Shown piece after piece: positions 34,110 through 43,894 of a DNA stretch of 64,000 nt (the first letter of the stretch is position 1; each line of letters begins with the position of its first letter). Both the position numbers and the translations under genes were made by a program. The DNA is from Solirubrobacterales bacterium (GTDB lineage: Bacteria; Actinomycetota; Thermoleophilia; Solirubrobacterales; 70-9): NCBI GenBank assembly GCA_036525295.1, contig DATDAQ010000069.1, positions 674 through 64,673 of the forward strand, written 5' to 3'. Under the pieces are notes generated by a model, which made no database searches, was not told where the DNA came from, and saw only the letters and a list, made by a program, of their open reading frames with translations.

Positions 34110-35513
34110 CTAGGTCTCGACCGGGACTCCTCCCGCGACGACGTTGACGAAGTTCTCCAGGTGCCTGGTGGTCCAGCACTCGAAGGCGCCGTCGCAGTAG
34201 CGCTCGTAGGCGGCCATCACCGAGTCGCCGTAGTTCCAGTACAGGCGCGGCTCGGGGTTGAGCCAGAAGAGCCGACCGGCCCGCTCCGCCACCTGGGCGA
34301 AGACCTTGGCGTGGGGCTCACGGCCGTTGGTGCGGGCGTCGCCGAGGACGATCACGGTCGAGCGCGGATCCAGTTCGTCGGAGATCTGGCCGAGGAACTC
34401 GAGCCAGACGCGGCCGTAGTCGGTGTAGCCGGAGACGTCGGCGACGCCTCCCTCGCTGGAGATGCGCTGGGCGATAACGCGGAAGTCGCGCTCGTGCTCG
34501 AAGACGTCGGTCACCTCCGAGATGCGCTCGATGAAGACGAAGCTACGCAGCTTGCGGAAGGAGTCGTGCAGGGCGTGCAGGACTGAGAGGAAGAAGACGC
34601 TGGCCGAGGTGACCGAGGTCGAGACGTCGCAGAGGACGTAGATCTCCGGCCGCCGCGGGCGCTTGGGCCGGTAGCGCACGTGCATCGGCACGCCGCCGGT
34701 CTCCAGCGAAGCCCGCATCGTGCGCCGCACATCAACCGTCCGGCCCTTGCGCCGACCCCGCTGCTCCTGCCCGAGCGTCGCCAGGCGGCGCTTCATCTGC
34801 GAGACGGCGCGGTGCACCGCGGCGAGGTCCTGGGTGGGGCTGGTCGGCAGGGCGCGGTCGAGCTCGGCCAGCGGCCGGGATGGGGGAAGCGTGGAGGTGC
34901 GCTCGATCAGGTCGCGCTCGAGCTCGCGCCGCAGGTGGCGCTCGAAGGCGTTCAGCTGCTCGCGGTCGATCGGCGGCAGCTCCGCGGCACCGTCGGCGCC
35001 CGGCGCTTGCGTCCCCGCCGAGAGCCCCAGCGTGCGCCGGATCCGCTGCACGTCGACGCCCACCACGCCCGAGCCCTCGCCCTGGCGTCCGAAGGCCGAG
35101 ATCGCCAGCCGGGCCAGGTCGCGCATCTCCCCGTCGTTGCCCTCGAGGATCGCCTGGCGTATTTGCTCCTGCAGCTGGTCGAGATCCAGCCGCTCGCCGC
35201 CCTCGTGGCGCCGCTCGGTCTCCTCGATGCCACGCTCGATCGCCTCCGCCTCGGCGGCGCGGAAGAACCAGCGCTCGAAGAGCAGCTCGAAGAGGCGGCG
35301 GTCCTCCTGGGACTTGGCGATCGTCGTCGCCAGCGCCTCGCGGAAGTCGTCGCGCGACGTCCAGGGCACCTGCTCGAGCGCCGCGAAGGCGTCGAGGATC
35401 TCCGAGGTCCCGACCGCGACCCCCTCGCTGCGCAGCTCCTCGCAGAAGCCGAGCAGCTTCGCCGCCAGGCCGGGCGGCCCGGTCTCAGCCCTGGGGCCGT
35501 ACGGGCTCGGCAA
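34110..35513 (-). CDS. VWA domain protein (CoxE-like)
   Basis: A C-terminal VWA domain with YVLCDVSTSV (MIDAS-like), paired with the upstream MoxR ATPase. Confidence 0.8.
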   Translation of the reverse strand: MPSPYGPRAETGPPGLAAKLLGFCEELRSEGVAVGTSEILDAFAALEQVPWTSRDDFREALATTIAKSQEDRRLFELLFERWFFRAAEAEAIERGIEETERRHEGGERLDLDQLQEQIRQAILEGNDGEMRDLARLAISAFGRQGEGSGVVGVDVQRIRRTLGLSAGTQAPGADGAAELPPIDREQLNAFERHLRRELERDLIERTSTLPPSRPLAELDRALPTSPTQDLAAVHRAVSQMKRRLATLGQEQRGRRKGRTVDVRRTMRASLETGGVPMHVRYRPKRPRRPEIYVLCDVSTSVTSASVFFLSVLHALHDSFRKLRSFVFIERISEVTDVFEHERDFRVIAQRISSEGGVADVSGYTDYGRVWLEFLGQISDELDPRSTVIVLGDARTNGREPHAKVFAQVAERAGRLFWLNPEPRLYWNYGDSVMAAYERYCDGAFECWTTRHLENFVNVVAGGVPVET

Positions 35514-36387
35514 GCTTCACCCCGACACGCTCCGCCACCAGCTCGATGTCGGTGCGGTGCTTGACGATGATCGACATCGACTGCTCGAAGGTCTGCTTGT
35601 CGATGTCCTCGGCGCCCATCAGCAGCAGCGTCCGCGCCCAGTCGATCGACTCGGCGATCGAGGGCGGCTTCTTGAGGTCGAGCGCGCGGATCATCCGCAC
35701 CACCTCGACCATGCGCCGCGCCAGCGCCTCAGGCAGCTCGGGCGCGTGCAGGCGGACGATCTCCATCTCGCGCTCGAGGTCGGGATAGTCGAGCCAGAGG
35801 TAGAGGCAGCGCCGCTTCAGCGCCTCGGTCAGCTCGCGCGAGTTGTTCGAGGTGAGGACGACGATCGGCATCGTCGTCGCCGAGACCTGCCCCAACTCCG
35901 GGATCGTGATCTGGAAGTCGGAGAGCAGCTCGAGCAGCATCGCCTCGAACTCCTGGTCGGTCTTGTCGATCTCGTCGATTAGCAGCACGACCGGCTCGAG
36001 GCTGGCGATCGCCTGCATCAGCGGGCGCTCGAGCAGGAACTCCTTGTCGAAGATGTCGCCGTGGACGTCCTCCCAGCCGTCCTCGCCGCCTGCCTGGATC
36101 CGCAGCAGCTGCTTGCGGTAGTTCCACTCGTACAGCGCCTTGGCCTCGTCGAGGCCCTCGTAGCACTGCAGGCGGATCAGCTCGCGACCCGTGGCGCGCG
36201 AGAGCGCCTTGGCCAGCTCGGTCTTGCCGACGCCCGCGGGACCCTCGACCAGGACCGGCTTCTCCAGCCTCTGGGCGAGGAAGGAGACCAGCGCAGCGGG
36301 CTCGTCGGCGAGGTAGCCGACCTTCGCCAGCGCCTCCTTCACCTCGGTCACAGAGCCCGCAGCCATCGGGGCGATGATAATCGCCAT
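35485..36387 (-). CDS. MoxR/CoxD-like AAA+ ATPase
   Basis: VLVEGPAGVGKT (Walker A), VLLIDEIDK (Walker B) and QCYEGLDEAKALYEWNY. The start is uncertain among 36417, 36387 and 36366. Confidence 0.85.
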   Translation of the reverse strand: MAIIIAPMAAGSVTEVKEALAKVGYLADEPAALVSFLAQRLEKPVLVEGPAGVGKTELAKALSRATGRELIRLQCYEGLDEAKALYEWNYRKQLLRIQAGGEDGWEDVHGDIFDKEFLLERPLMQAIASLEPVVLLIDEIDKTDQEFEAMLLELLSDFQITIPELGQVSATTMPIVVLTSNNSRELTEALKRRCLYLWLDYPDLEREMEIVRLHAPELPEALARRMVEVVRMIRALDLKKPPSIAESIDWARTLLLMGAEDIDKQTFEQSMSIIVKHRTDIELVAERVGVKLAEPVRPQG

Positions 36388-36613
36388 CGTGCTCGACCTC
36401 GCTCTGCCCCTTGCCACGCTGCTGCCCCACAGCGCCGGTCCCTACCTGGCGCTGATGCTGATCGGCTTCGCCACCGGCATCCTCGGCCATCTCACGGCGG
36501 CGCGTTGGCTGGTCGCGACCGGGATCATCCTGATCTTCCTCGGTGCCTTCCTCTTTCCGCTCGCGCTCAACGTGACCGAGGAGACGCCGCAGCAGATCGA
36601 GACGACTCGCTAG
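36374..36613 (+). CDS. Small hypothetical membrane protein (79 aa, 2-3 TM segments)
   Basis: A hydrophobic ORF divergent from moxR. There is no other support. Confidence 0.4.
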   Translation: MIIAIVLDLALPLATLLPHSAGPYLALMLIGFATGILGHLTAARWLVATGIILIFLGAFLFPLALNVTEETPQQIETTR

Positions 36614-36740
36614 GTGCAGGGCCTCGGGGTCCCTCCCCAGGCCGCTGCGCGGGAGTTCCAGGGGAGGGACCCCCCAGGCCCTGCCGAGCCGTAAGCTTTT
36701 GCGACCCTAGTCAGATTTTGCAAAACGGAGGTCCGCTGCC

Positions 36741-37733
36741 TTGCGTCGCTTTCTCATCCCCATCGTTTCCATTGCCATGGTCGCTCTCGCGTTGGCGATT
36801 TCCGCCTGCGGAGGCGGCAGCAGTGGCGCACAGGACATCGTTGACGAAGCGACGCTCAAGGGGATCGAAAGCGGCAAGCTTGACCTCTCGCTTGGAATTG
36901 ACACGGAGGGCGGCGATGGCGGACAGGTCGACGTCGACCTGTCCGGCCCATTCGAGGTCGAAGAGGGGGAAAGGGCGCCCGAACTCGATCTGACCGCGGC
37001 CGTGAAGGGCACCGTGGGCGGTGAGAAGGTGGATTTCGAAGGCGGAATCGTCTTGACCGGCGCCAACGACGCCTACGTCGACTTCGAAGGGACCGACTAC
37101 AAGGTCGATGCGACCACCTACGGCTACGGACAGTCGATCCTAGGAGAATCGGAAGAAGTCAGCGCCTGTCAGGAAGCCGTGAGCGAGAGGCAGCTGAGCG
37201 AACTCATCGAAGATCCCGCCGAAGAAGGAACCGTCGACGTGGGGGGGACCAGCACGACGAAGGTCAGCGGCGACGTCGATGCCGAAGCCGCGCTCGACGC
37301 GCTGCACGAAATGAACGAAGACGCGCTCTGCAGCGAACAGCTGAAAGCGGTTCCGGGATTCGGAGCGCAACTGGCCCAGATCGAGGAATCGAGCGTTAAG
37401 GCGGAGGACACGATCAAGGATGCGCATCTCGTGCTCTATGTCGGCGACGACCACATCGTGCGCCGGCTGCAGGCGCAGGTCACGGTCAAGCCGCCGGAGG
37501 GATCGGCCCCCCCGGGCGCGGAAAGCGTCAGTTTCGACATCGACCTGACTCTCACCAAGGTCAACGAGCCCCAGACGATCTCCGCGCCCAAGAGCTCGAA
37601 GCCGCTGAACGCGCTCTTCGTCAAGCTCCGCGTCAATCCGGTCGAACTGCTCGGCATAGTTCAGGGCGGTATCGGTGGGGCCGGGCTGATCAACTTCCTG
37701 GAACGGATCGCAGCCGCAGGGGGCACGCAGTAG
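36741..37733 (+). CDS. Hypothetical acidic lipoprotein
   Basis: Lipobox LAISACGG with a TTG start. No family recognised. Confidence 0.6.
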   Translation: MRRFLIPIVSIAMVALALAISACGGGSSGAQDIVDEATLKGIESGKLDLSLGIDTEGGDGGQVDVDLSGPFEVEEGERAPELDLTAAVKGTVGGEKVDFEGGIVLTGANDAYVDFEGTDYKVDATTYGYGQSILGESEEVSACQEAVSERQLSELIEDPAEEGTVDVGGTSTTKVSGDVDAEAALDALHEMNEDALCSEQLKAVPGFGAQLAQIEESSVKAEDTIKDAHLVLYVGDDHIVRRLQAQVTVKPPEGSAPPGAESVSFDIDLTLTKVNEPQTISAPKSSKPLNALFVKLRVNPVELLGIVQGGIGGAGLINFLERIAAAGGTQ

Positions 37734-37795
37734 TCGCGTTCCTCCGCACTCCCTATGGTTGGCCGTACCTGCTGACACCGCTGATCCCGCTGGCG

Positions 37796-38830
37796 GTGGC
37801 GCTGGATCTCGCCGGCGCCGCGGCCGGGCTGGTCTTCGGCGCGGCTGCGCTCGGGATCATCCCCACGGCGGCGCTGATGGGTCGCGCCACCGAGGAGCTC
37901 GCCGCCCGCTCGGGGCCCGGCATCGGCGGCCTGCTCAACGTCACCTTCGGCAACGCGCCGGAGCTGATCATCGCCCTCTTCGCCCTCCAGCAGGGCCTGC
38001 AGGAGGTGGTCAAGGCCTCGATCGTCGGCTCGATCATCGGCAACATCCTGCTCGTGCTCGGCGCCGCGATGTTCTTCGGCGGTCTCGGTCGCGACAAGCA
38101 GACGTTCAGCCGCACCAGCGCCGGCGTGCAGACCTCGATGCTGCTGCTCGCCGCTGCGGCTCTGGTGATGCCGGCGATCTTCGAGCTGGTCGAGGGCCAG
38201 GGCCTGCCGGCACCCGGTGCCGAGACGGTCGACTACGGCTCGACCGTGGAGCACCTCTCGCTTGCGGTCGCGATCGTCTTGATGGCGACCTACGTCGCCG
38301 GCCTCTTCTTCTCGCTGAAGACCCACCGCGACATCTTCAACCCCGAGTACGAGGATGAGGGCACCTGGGGCTGGTCGCCGCGCAAGTCGATCCTCGCCCT
38401 GGCCGGCGCGGGGCTGCTGGTCGGGCTGATGTCTGAGGTGCTGGTCGGCTCGATCGAGGAGGCCTCGCACGCAATCGGCCTCTCGGAGTTCTTCATCGGC
38501 GTGATCGTCGTCGCCATCGTCGGCAACGCCGCCGAGCACTGGGTCGCGGTGCTGGTCGCGGTGAAGAACAAGATGGACCTGGCGGTCAACATCTCGATCG
38601 GCTCCAGCGCCCAGGTCGCCCTCTTCGTCGCGCCGCTCCTAGTCCTCGCCTCCTTCTTCCTCGGCCCGCACCCGCTCGCCCTCGTCTTCAACGGCTTCGA
38701 GCTCGGCGCCATCCTGCTCGCCGTGCTGATCGCCAACTACGTCGCCCAGGACGGCGAGTCGACCTGGTTCGAGGGCGTCCAGTTGCTCGCGGTCTACGCC
38801 GTCTTCGGCCTCGCCTTCTACTTCGCCTGA
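37796..38830 (+). CDS. Ca2+/H+ antiporter (CAX/ChaA type, CaCA superfamily)
   Basis: Two alpha-repeats, GNAPELIIALFA and GNAAEHWVAV. The GTG start is uncertain because a hydrophobic in-frame stretch continues upstream without a canonical start. Confidence 0.85.
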   Translation: MALDLAGAAAGLVFGAAALGIIPTAALMGRATEELAARSGPGIGGLLNVTFGNAPELIIALFALQQGLQEVVKASIVGSIIGNILLVLGAAMFFGGLGRDKQTFSRTSAGVQTSMLLLAAAALVMPAIFELVEGQGLPAPGAETVDYGSTVEHLSLAVAIVLMATYVAGLFFSLKTHRDIFNPEYEDEGTWGWSPRKSILALAGAGLLVGLMSEVLVGSIEEASHAIGLSEFFIGVIVVAIVGNAAEHWVAVLVAVKNKMDLAVNISIGSSAQVALFVAPLLVLASFFLGPHPLALVFNGFELGAILLAVLIANYVAQDGESTWFEGVQLLAVYAVFGLAFYFA

Positions 38831-38859
38831 TCCTGCTGGTCGCATAGGCTCAGCTGGCC

Positions 38860-39861
38860 TTGGACTACTTCCTGCTCGTCGTCAGCTTTGCGGTGATTCT
38901 CGCGGGCGCCCTCCTCTTCACCAACGCGGTGGAGTGGATCGGGCACCGGCTGGAGCTCGGCGAGGGTGCGGTCGGCAGCCTGCTGGCGGCGGTCGGCACC
39001 GCGATGCCGGAGACGCTGATCGCGATCGTCGCGCTGATCGGAGCCGCGGAGGGTGCCGACCAGGTGGCGATCGGCGCGATCGTCGGGGCTCCCTTTCTGC
39101 TCGGCACGCTGGCGATGGGCTTGGTCGGGCTCTTCGCCTACCTCTACCGCCGTCGTCGCGAGCAGGGGCTCGAGCTGAAGGCGCACCGGCCGACGCTGGA
39201 GCGCGACCTGCTCTTCTTCCTCTTCTTCTTCGCAATCTCGCTGGCGCTGGCCTGGGGAGCGCCGGACGCGCTGAGGATCCCGGTCGGGATCGCCGTGATC
39301 CTCGCCTACCCGCTCTACATCGCTCGCACGTTGCGGGGCGGGGGAGAGGTGCAGGATCACGAGACGCTGAACCCGCTGGTCTTCGAGCGGCGCCCCGAGC
39401 GAAGCGAAAGCCCGGCCCTCGCGCTCTGCGTCCTCCAGCTCCTGGCCGGCCTCGGCGCGATGGTCGGCGGAGCCCACCTCTTCGTCGAGGAGCTGCTCCA
39501 CATCGCCGAGAGCCTTGGCGTCGAGGCCGTCGTCCTCGCCCTGATCCTCGCCCCCCTGGCGACCGAGCTGCCCGAGAAGGTCAACAGCTTCTTCTGGGTT
39601 CGCGAAGGGAAGGACTCGCTCGCGCTCGGCAACATCACCGGCGCGATGGTCTTCCAGTCGACGATCCCGGTCGGGATCGGCCTCATCTTCACCGACTGGG
39701 AGCTGAGCGGGAATGCGGCCCTCTCCGTCGTCCTCGGCCTCGCCGGCGGCCTGCTCGCCTACGAGGTGCTGCACCGCCGCGGCCGCTTCGGGTTGCCGGC
39801 GGTTGTTACCTGGTTCGTTCTCTATGCGACTTTCATCATCGTCGTAGCCGCCGGCGCCTGA
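38860..39861 (+). CDS. Sodium/calcium exchanger family membrane protein (YrbG-like, CaCA)
   Basis: GTAMPETLIAIVA and GNITGAMVFQSTIPVG alpha-repeats, with a TTG start. Confidence 0.8.
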   Translation: MDYFLLVVSFAVILAGALLFTNAVEWIGHRLELGEGAVGSLLAAVGTAMPETLIAIVALIGAAEGADQVAIGAIVGAPFLLGTLAMGLVGLFAYLYRRRREQGLELKAHRPTLERDLLFFLFFFAISLALAWGAPDALRIPVGIAVILAYPLYIARTLRGGGEVQDHETLNPLVFERRPERSESPALALCVLQLLAGLGAMVGGAHLFVEELLHIAESLGVEAVVLALILAPLATELPEKVNSFFWVREGKDSLALGNITGAMVFQSTIPVGIGLIFTDWELSGNAALSVVLGLAGGLLAYEVLHRRGRFGLPAVVTWFVLYATFIIVVAAGA

Positions 39862-39937
39862 CTGAGCGTTCCTGACAAGGACGCAGGGAGCGTGGCGTGC
39901 TCTGCACGCGAGCGACCGAGGACGCAGTCAGGGGCGC

Positions 39938-40390
39938 TCAGAGGGCGCCGAGCACCAAGTCGTCGTGCTTTTTCGGCGAAACCTTGGGGAAGGCCTTGGC
40001 GACCTTGCCGTCGGGGCCGACGATGAAGGTGGCGCGCTGCACGCCCATGTACTTCTTGCCGTACATCGACTTCTCGATCCAGGTGCCGTAGCCCTCGGCG
40101 ACGGCGTGGTCGGCGTCGGCGAGCAGGGTGAAGCCGAGGTCGAACTTGTCGGCGAACTTCTTCACCGCCTCGACGGTGTCGGGCGAGACGCCGATCACGC
40201 GGACGCCGGCTGCCTCGTACTCGGAGCCGCGGTCGCGGACGCCGCAGGCCTGGGTCGTGCAGCCGGGGGTATCGGCGCGAGGGTAAAAATACAGTACGAC
40301 CGTCTGACCCTTGAGATCGGAGAGCTTGACCTTCTCGCCGTTCTGATCCGGCAACTCGAAGTCGGGAGCTCGGTCGCCTGGTTGAAGCAC
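39938..40390 (-). CDS. bcp: Peroxiredoxin Bcp
   Basis: APDFELPDQNGEKVKLSDLKGQTVVLYFYPRADTPGCTTQAC. Confidence 0.92.
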   Translation of the reverse strand: MLQPGDRAPDFELPDQNGEKVKLSDLKGQTVVLYFYPRADTPGCTTQACGVRDRGSEYEAAGVRVIGVSPDTVEAVKKFADKFDLGFTLLADADHAVAEGYGTWIEKSMYGKKYMGVQRATFIVGPDGKVAKAFPKVSPKKHDDLVLGAL

Positions 40391-40518
40391 GGCGGAAGGC
40401 TATCTCAAGAGCAGCGGTTGATTCGGATGCTTGCGTAGCCCTGTTGGAGTGAACGTTGCCGAGCACCGACATCTGGGTCGAGCGCGCCCACAGGTCGCTT
40501 CAGTCCCACTGAAGTTGC

Positions 40519-41859
40519 TCAAGGCAGAAATACTGACCGAGGCCGGGCGCGCCAACGGAAGGTGGCTGGGGTCGGGTCGGCCAGTCCCTGCGGGTCGACT
40601 GCCCGGACGCGGAAGACGTGCTCCCCCAGCCCCACCTTCCTCCGATACGGGGACGCGCATGCTCGGTAGGGCCGGCGATCCAGCTTGCACTCGAAGTGGG
40701 AGCCGACGTCGCTAGAGCCGAAGGCGAAATTGGTCCGGCGGAAACCGGTGAATACAGGGCGCGGCAGCGGCGGGAGTACCAGCTTCGTGACCGGCGCGAG
40801 GTTGGCCCAGGGAGCGGCAAAGGGGTCGAACTCGTCGGCGCCGATGTCGGCCGCGGCGCCCATCGTCCGCGGCTGCTCGTCGACGTCGAGGCCGCCGCTG
40901 GCACCGTCGACGGCGCCCCTGTCGACGGTGGGCGAGCCAGGCAGCTGGTGCAGGTTGTCGCGGGCGAGCAACGGGGTCGCCCTGATATTGGCGTTGGTGC
41001 CCGGCGCGGTGACCAAGGCCCTGCCTCCCGCCCGCGCCTCGAATTCGACCGTTGCGTAGCTCGAGCTCCGAAGGTCGATGTCCACCCTGGCGCCGCGGCC
41101 TTTGTTGAGCGGCCAGCCTTTCGCGATTACATCCTTCGCCTCGCCCGCGATCAAGGCCCCGGCCACGTCGATGCTCACCGTCAAGCCTCGCTTGAAGGCA
41201 CTGAAGATGAACTCCATCCCGACCGAGCCTGGACCGGTTGCGACCAGGGTGCTATTGCGGATCACGCCGCTTAGCGTTCCCTTAGTGGCGGTATTGGTGC
41301 CGATAGCCGGGCCCCCGCCGGAGGCGATGCAGGCGCTGTTGCGGACAGTTCCCTCGTGGAAGTAGCAGGTGGGTTCAACGGTGATCGTTGAGCGCGCGAT
41401 CACCCCGTCGATCGTGCCTCCGGAAATCGCGATCGCCCCGGCGGTATCCATCAGGTTGCGGATTTCCACATCGGCGACTTCGGCTTCCGCCGGAACGTAG
41501 AAGGCGCTGTCGGCGAACGAGTCCGTCGGCATGACGACGACCGGCCGCGGCTTGCCCGGTTCGCCGCGCAGAGTGACCCCCTCGGGAAGGTGCACGGGCG
41601 GGACGTATCCGAACTCACCTTCTTCCCTCGCGTAGTAGGTACCGGGGGCGAGTTCGATCACGTCGCCGGCTGCGATCGTCGTCCGCGGGGCGTTGTCGTC
41701 GGCCGCCTTGTACACGGAGCAGGGACGCGACGGGTTGGCGCAGGGATCCTTGCCGGTCCCGCCCGGGGCCGCGTACCGGGTCGCCGCCGTCGCGCCGGAG
41801 GCGAGCAGCAGCGCCAGCGCCGCCGGCAGCGCCAGCGCCCACCCAGCTCGGCTCAACAT
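40519..41859 (-). CDS. Secreted right-handed beta-helix protein with a C-terminal 2-Cys Ig-like module
   Basis: Signal peptide MLSRAGWALALPAALALLLASGATAA. Repeated (I/V)RNS..(I/V)A.G motifs. The C-terminus is shared with the S8 protease. An alternative start lies at 41898. Confidence 0.7.
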   Translation of the reverse strand: MLSRAGWALALPAALALLLASGATAATRYAAPGGTGKDPCANPSRPCSVYKAADDNAPRTTIAAGDVIELAPGTYYAREEGEFGYVPPVHLPEGVTLRGEPGKPRPVVVMPTDSFADSAFYVPAEAEVADVEIRNLMDTAGAIAISGGTIDGVIARSTITVEPTCYFHEGTVRNSACIASGGGPAIGTNTATKGTLSGVIRNSTLVATGPGSVGMEFIFSAFKRGLTVSIDVAGALIAGEAKDVIAKGWPLNKGRGARVDIDLRSSSYATVEFEARAGGRALVTAPGTNANIRATPLLARDNLHQLPGSPTVDRGAVDGASGGLDVDEQPRTMGAAADIGADEFDPFAAPWANLAPVTKLVLPPLPRPVFTGFRRTNFAFGSSDVGSHFECKLDRRPYRACASPYRRKVGLGEHVFRVRAVDPQGLADPTPATFRWRARPRSVFLP

Positions 41860-42923
41860 GAGATCGGCCCGGCCTCGCGGCCCGGCCCGGGACGCCAAGC
41901 CACGTCGTAGAGGGTCAGCGCCGGATCGGTGAAGACACGGGTCAGACAGGTTCCGTCGGCGTTGATGGCCATTGCCCTGTTGCCGGCTTCCGGTTCCAGG
42001 CCTCCGGTCGCGTCGGCCGGTGGGTTCCGGGCGAAGGCGAGCCGACTTCCGGATGGGTCCCAGCTCGGGAAGGAGATGTAGCCGTTCCTGCGCAGCACAC
42101 GCCTGGCGTGACTGCCGTCCGCTCGGGCCACCCAGAGCTCGGTGACCGGCCGGTCCGGCTTTGGCAGCTGGAATCGTCGGGTCTTGTCGCGCACGAATGC
42201 CAGCTTGCTGCCGTCCGGCGAAAAGGTCGGTTCCGAGGCGTTGCGGGCGAGTCGGGCGATGCGGTGGCTGCGCAGGTCAATCGCAATGACACCATCGACA
42301 ACGCGGTAGCCGAACGACTCGGCGGCGAGAGTGGAGCCATCGGCCGAAAACGAGCTGGGCTCGAAAAAGGCGGCCTGCCGCCAGCGGGTCAGCCGCTTGA
42401 CCGAGCCGTCTCCGACGCCTAGCTTCCAGATCGAGCTCTTGAAGAGGTAGTTCTCCCTGCCCGGCAGCACCTTGACCAGCTTCACCCGCTGGAAGACGAC
42501 GAAGCTTCCGTCCGGCGCCAGGACCGGCTCGCCCGCGTTGAGAAACGCGCTCGGGTACACCTGAGGGGCGTCGCCGCCGAGCGTCGCCAGCCCCACAACC
42601 GACCATCCGGTGCCGAAGGGCCCATCGGCGGTGCTCTCGACCCCACTTGCCGAGAACGCAAATCCGTTCCCGTCCCCGGCCCACGAAAGGCCCTCGCCGA
42701 TCGCCCCTCCCGAACCGCGGAGCAGCGGCTGGGGATCCTCGCCCGCCGGGCCCGTCGTGATCACTTCCGAGAACTCGTCCTCCGGCCCCGGGCCATCTCC
42801 CCGCAGTGAGATGGCCAGTCTGGGACCCTCCGGCGTCGCTGCGGCAGCGGGAAGGGCCGTCCCCAGACAGACGAGGAACGCAGCAAGTACCAGAACGATC
42901 ACGCGGCGGTTCACCGCCCGCAC
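41853..42923 (-). CDS. Secreted TolB-like PD40 beta-propeller protein
   Basis: It has a signal peptide and the repeats APDGSFVVF, SADGSTLAA, SPDGSKLAFVRD and DPSGSRLAFARN. Confidence 0.75.
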   Translation of the reverse strand: MRAVNRRVIVLVLAAFLVCLGTALPAAAATPEGPRLAISLRGDGPGPEDEFSEVITTGPAGEDPQPLLRGSGGAIGEGLSWAGDGNGFAFSASGVESTADGPFGTGWSVVGLATLGGDAPQVYPSAFLNAGEPVLAPDGSFVVFQRVKLVKVLPGRENYLFKSSIWKLGVGDGSVKRLTRWRQAAFFEPSSFSADGSTLAAESFGYRVVDGVIAIDLRSHRIARLARNASEPTFSPDGSKLAFVRDKTRRFQLPKPDRPVTELWVARADGSHARRVLRRNGYISFPSWDPSGSRLAFARNPPADATGGLEPEAGNRAMAINADGTCLTRVFTDPALTLYDVAWRPGPGREAGPISC

Positions 42924-42985
42924 CCTACTCCGCCAGCAGCGCCAAGCCCCTAGGCCGGACTGACGGCTACGGCTTACGTTGGGCG

Positions 42986-43135
42986 CTACGGCAGGCCGAC
43001 GCTGTTGATTCCCGTGTCGGCCCGCGGATAGAAGTAGAGGAGGAAGGTCTCGCCCTTCAGGCCGGCGAGGCTGACCTCGTTTCCGTCCTGATCGGGCAGG
43101 GTGAAGTCGGGGGCGCTCGCCCCGGCCTCGATCAC
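42986..43135 (-). pseudogene. Truncated bcp-like fragment (N-terminal 42 residues only, ending just before the peroxidatic Cys)
   Basis: VIEAGASAPDFTLPDQDGNEVSLAGLKGETFLLYFYPRADT aligns with the Bcp N-terminus at 39938..40390. It then diverges and stops. The GTG overlaps the upstream TAG. Confidence 0.6.
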
Positions 43136-43488
43136 TACTCCGGGTCCCCGCCCTGATCCTCGCGGCCGGGGTCCTGGCCGTCCTCGCCCTCGTCGAGCTC
43201 GTCGTCGCCCTGCTCCAGCGCGGTCTCGGACACCGAACCTGCGGAGCCCGGGTGGTAGCTGGTCTGGAAGCGCTCCAGCACCTGGTCGCGCCGGTCCTCG
43301 TCGACCGGCACCTCGTCGGAGACGCGCACCCACTCCGCCCCCTCGTAGGCCTCCATGTTGAAGACCTCCTGGTCCAGGGAGGTGGAGTCGTCGACGACGA
43401 CCAGGACCTCGGTCTGGGGGTTGAAATAGGTCCCGGGCTGCATCAGCAGCTCCTCGACCTCGTAGAGGTTCTCCTCGGCGGCGGCCAT
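43135..43488 (-). CDS. Hypothetical acidic protein (117 aa)
   Basis: ORF with an ATGA overlap to the upstream gene. No family recognised. Confidence 0.5.
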   Translation of the reverse strand: MAAAEENLYEVEELLMQPGTYFNPQTEVLVVVDDSTSLDQEVFNMEAYEGAEWVRVSDEVPVDEDRRDQVLERFQTSYHPGSAGSVSETALEQGDDELDEGEDGQDPGREDQGGDPE

Positions 43489-43817
43489 CAGTCGGATCCT
43501 ACGAGATCGGCGAGCCGGCGCTCGGCCTCGCGCTCAACGTCGATCGGCGCTTCCCCGCGCCGCTCTCGGCGGTAGGACTTGGCCTGCAGCATCTGGCGGA
43601 CCTCGACTTCCTGGGTGGCGCGGCTGACCGGCGAGGCCAGGCGCCGGACCGAGCGTGGGGGCAGGTCGGGGTCGATCGCGTACGGACCCCTGCCTATCCC
43701 CTGCCAGGCCTTGCCCGAGAGGGCGAAGGCTACGGCTGCGACCGGGACCGCGAGAAGCGTGATCGCGATCAGCACGTTGCCGTTCTCGACCGTGGTCGCT
43801 GCCAGCAGGTGCGCCAT
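43488..43817 (-). CDS. Hypothetical single-TM protein (109 aa)
   Basis: N-terminal TM segment NVLIAITLLAVPVAAVAFAL. No family recognised. Confidence 0.5.
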   Translation of the reverse strand: MAHLLAATTVENGNVLIAITLLAVPVAAVAFALSGKAWQGIGRGPYAIDPDLPPRSVRRLASPVSRATQEVEVRQMLQAKSYRRERRGEAPIDVEREAERRLADLVGSD

Positions 43818-43894
43818 GCCTCAAGATTAGGGCTCCGGCCGCGTCGCCGCCAGGGCTCTCTCCTCGATGCCGCTATCCGGTACCCTTGGCTCGG

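Noticed and set aside
42986-43333. The listed 115-aa ORF taken as a real full-length gene.
   Set aside because: Its first 65 or so codons overlap the 43135..43488 gene out of frame and are Arg/Gly/Pro low-complexity. Only the last 50 codons, the bcp-like fragment, carry signal.
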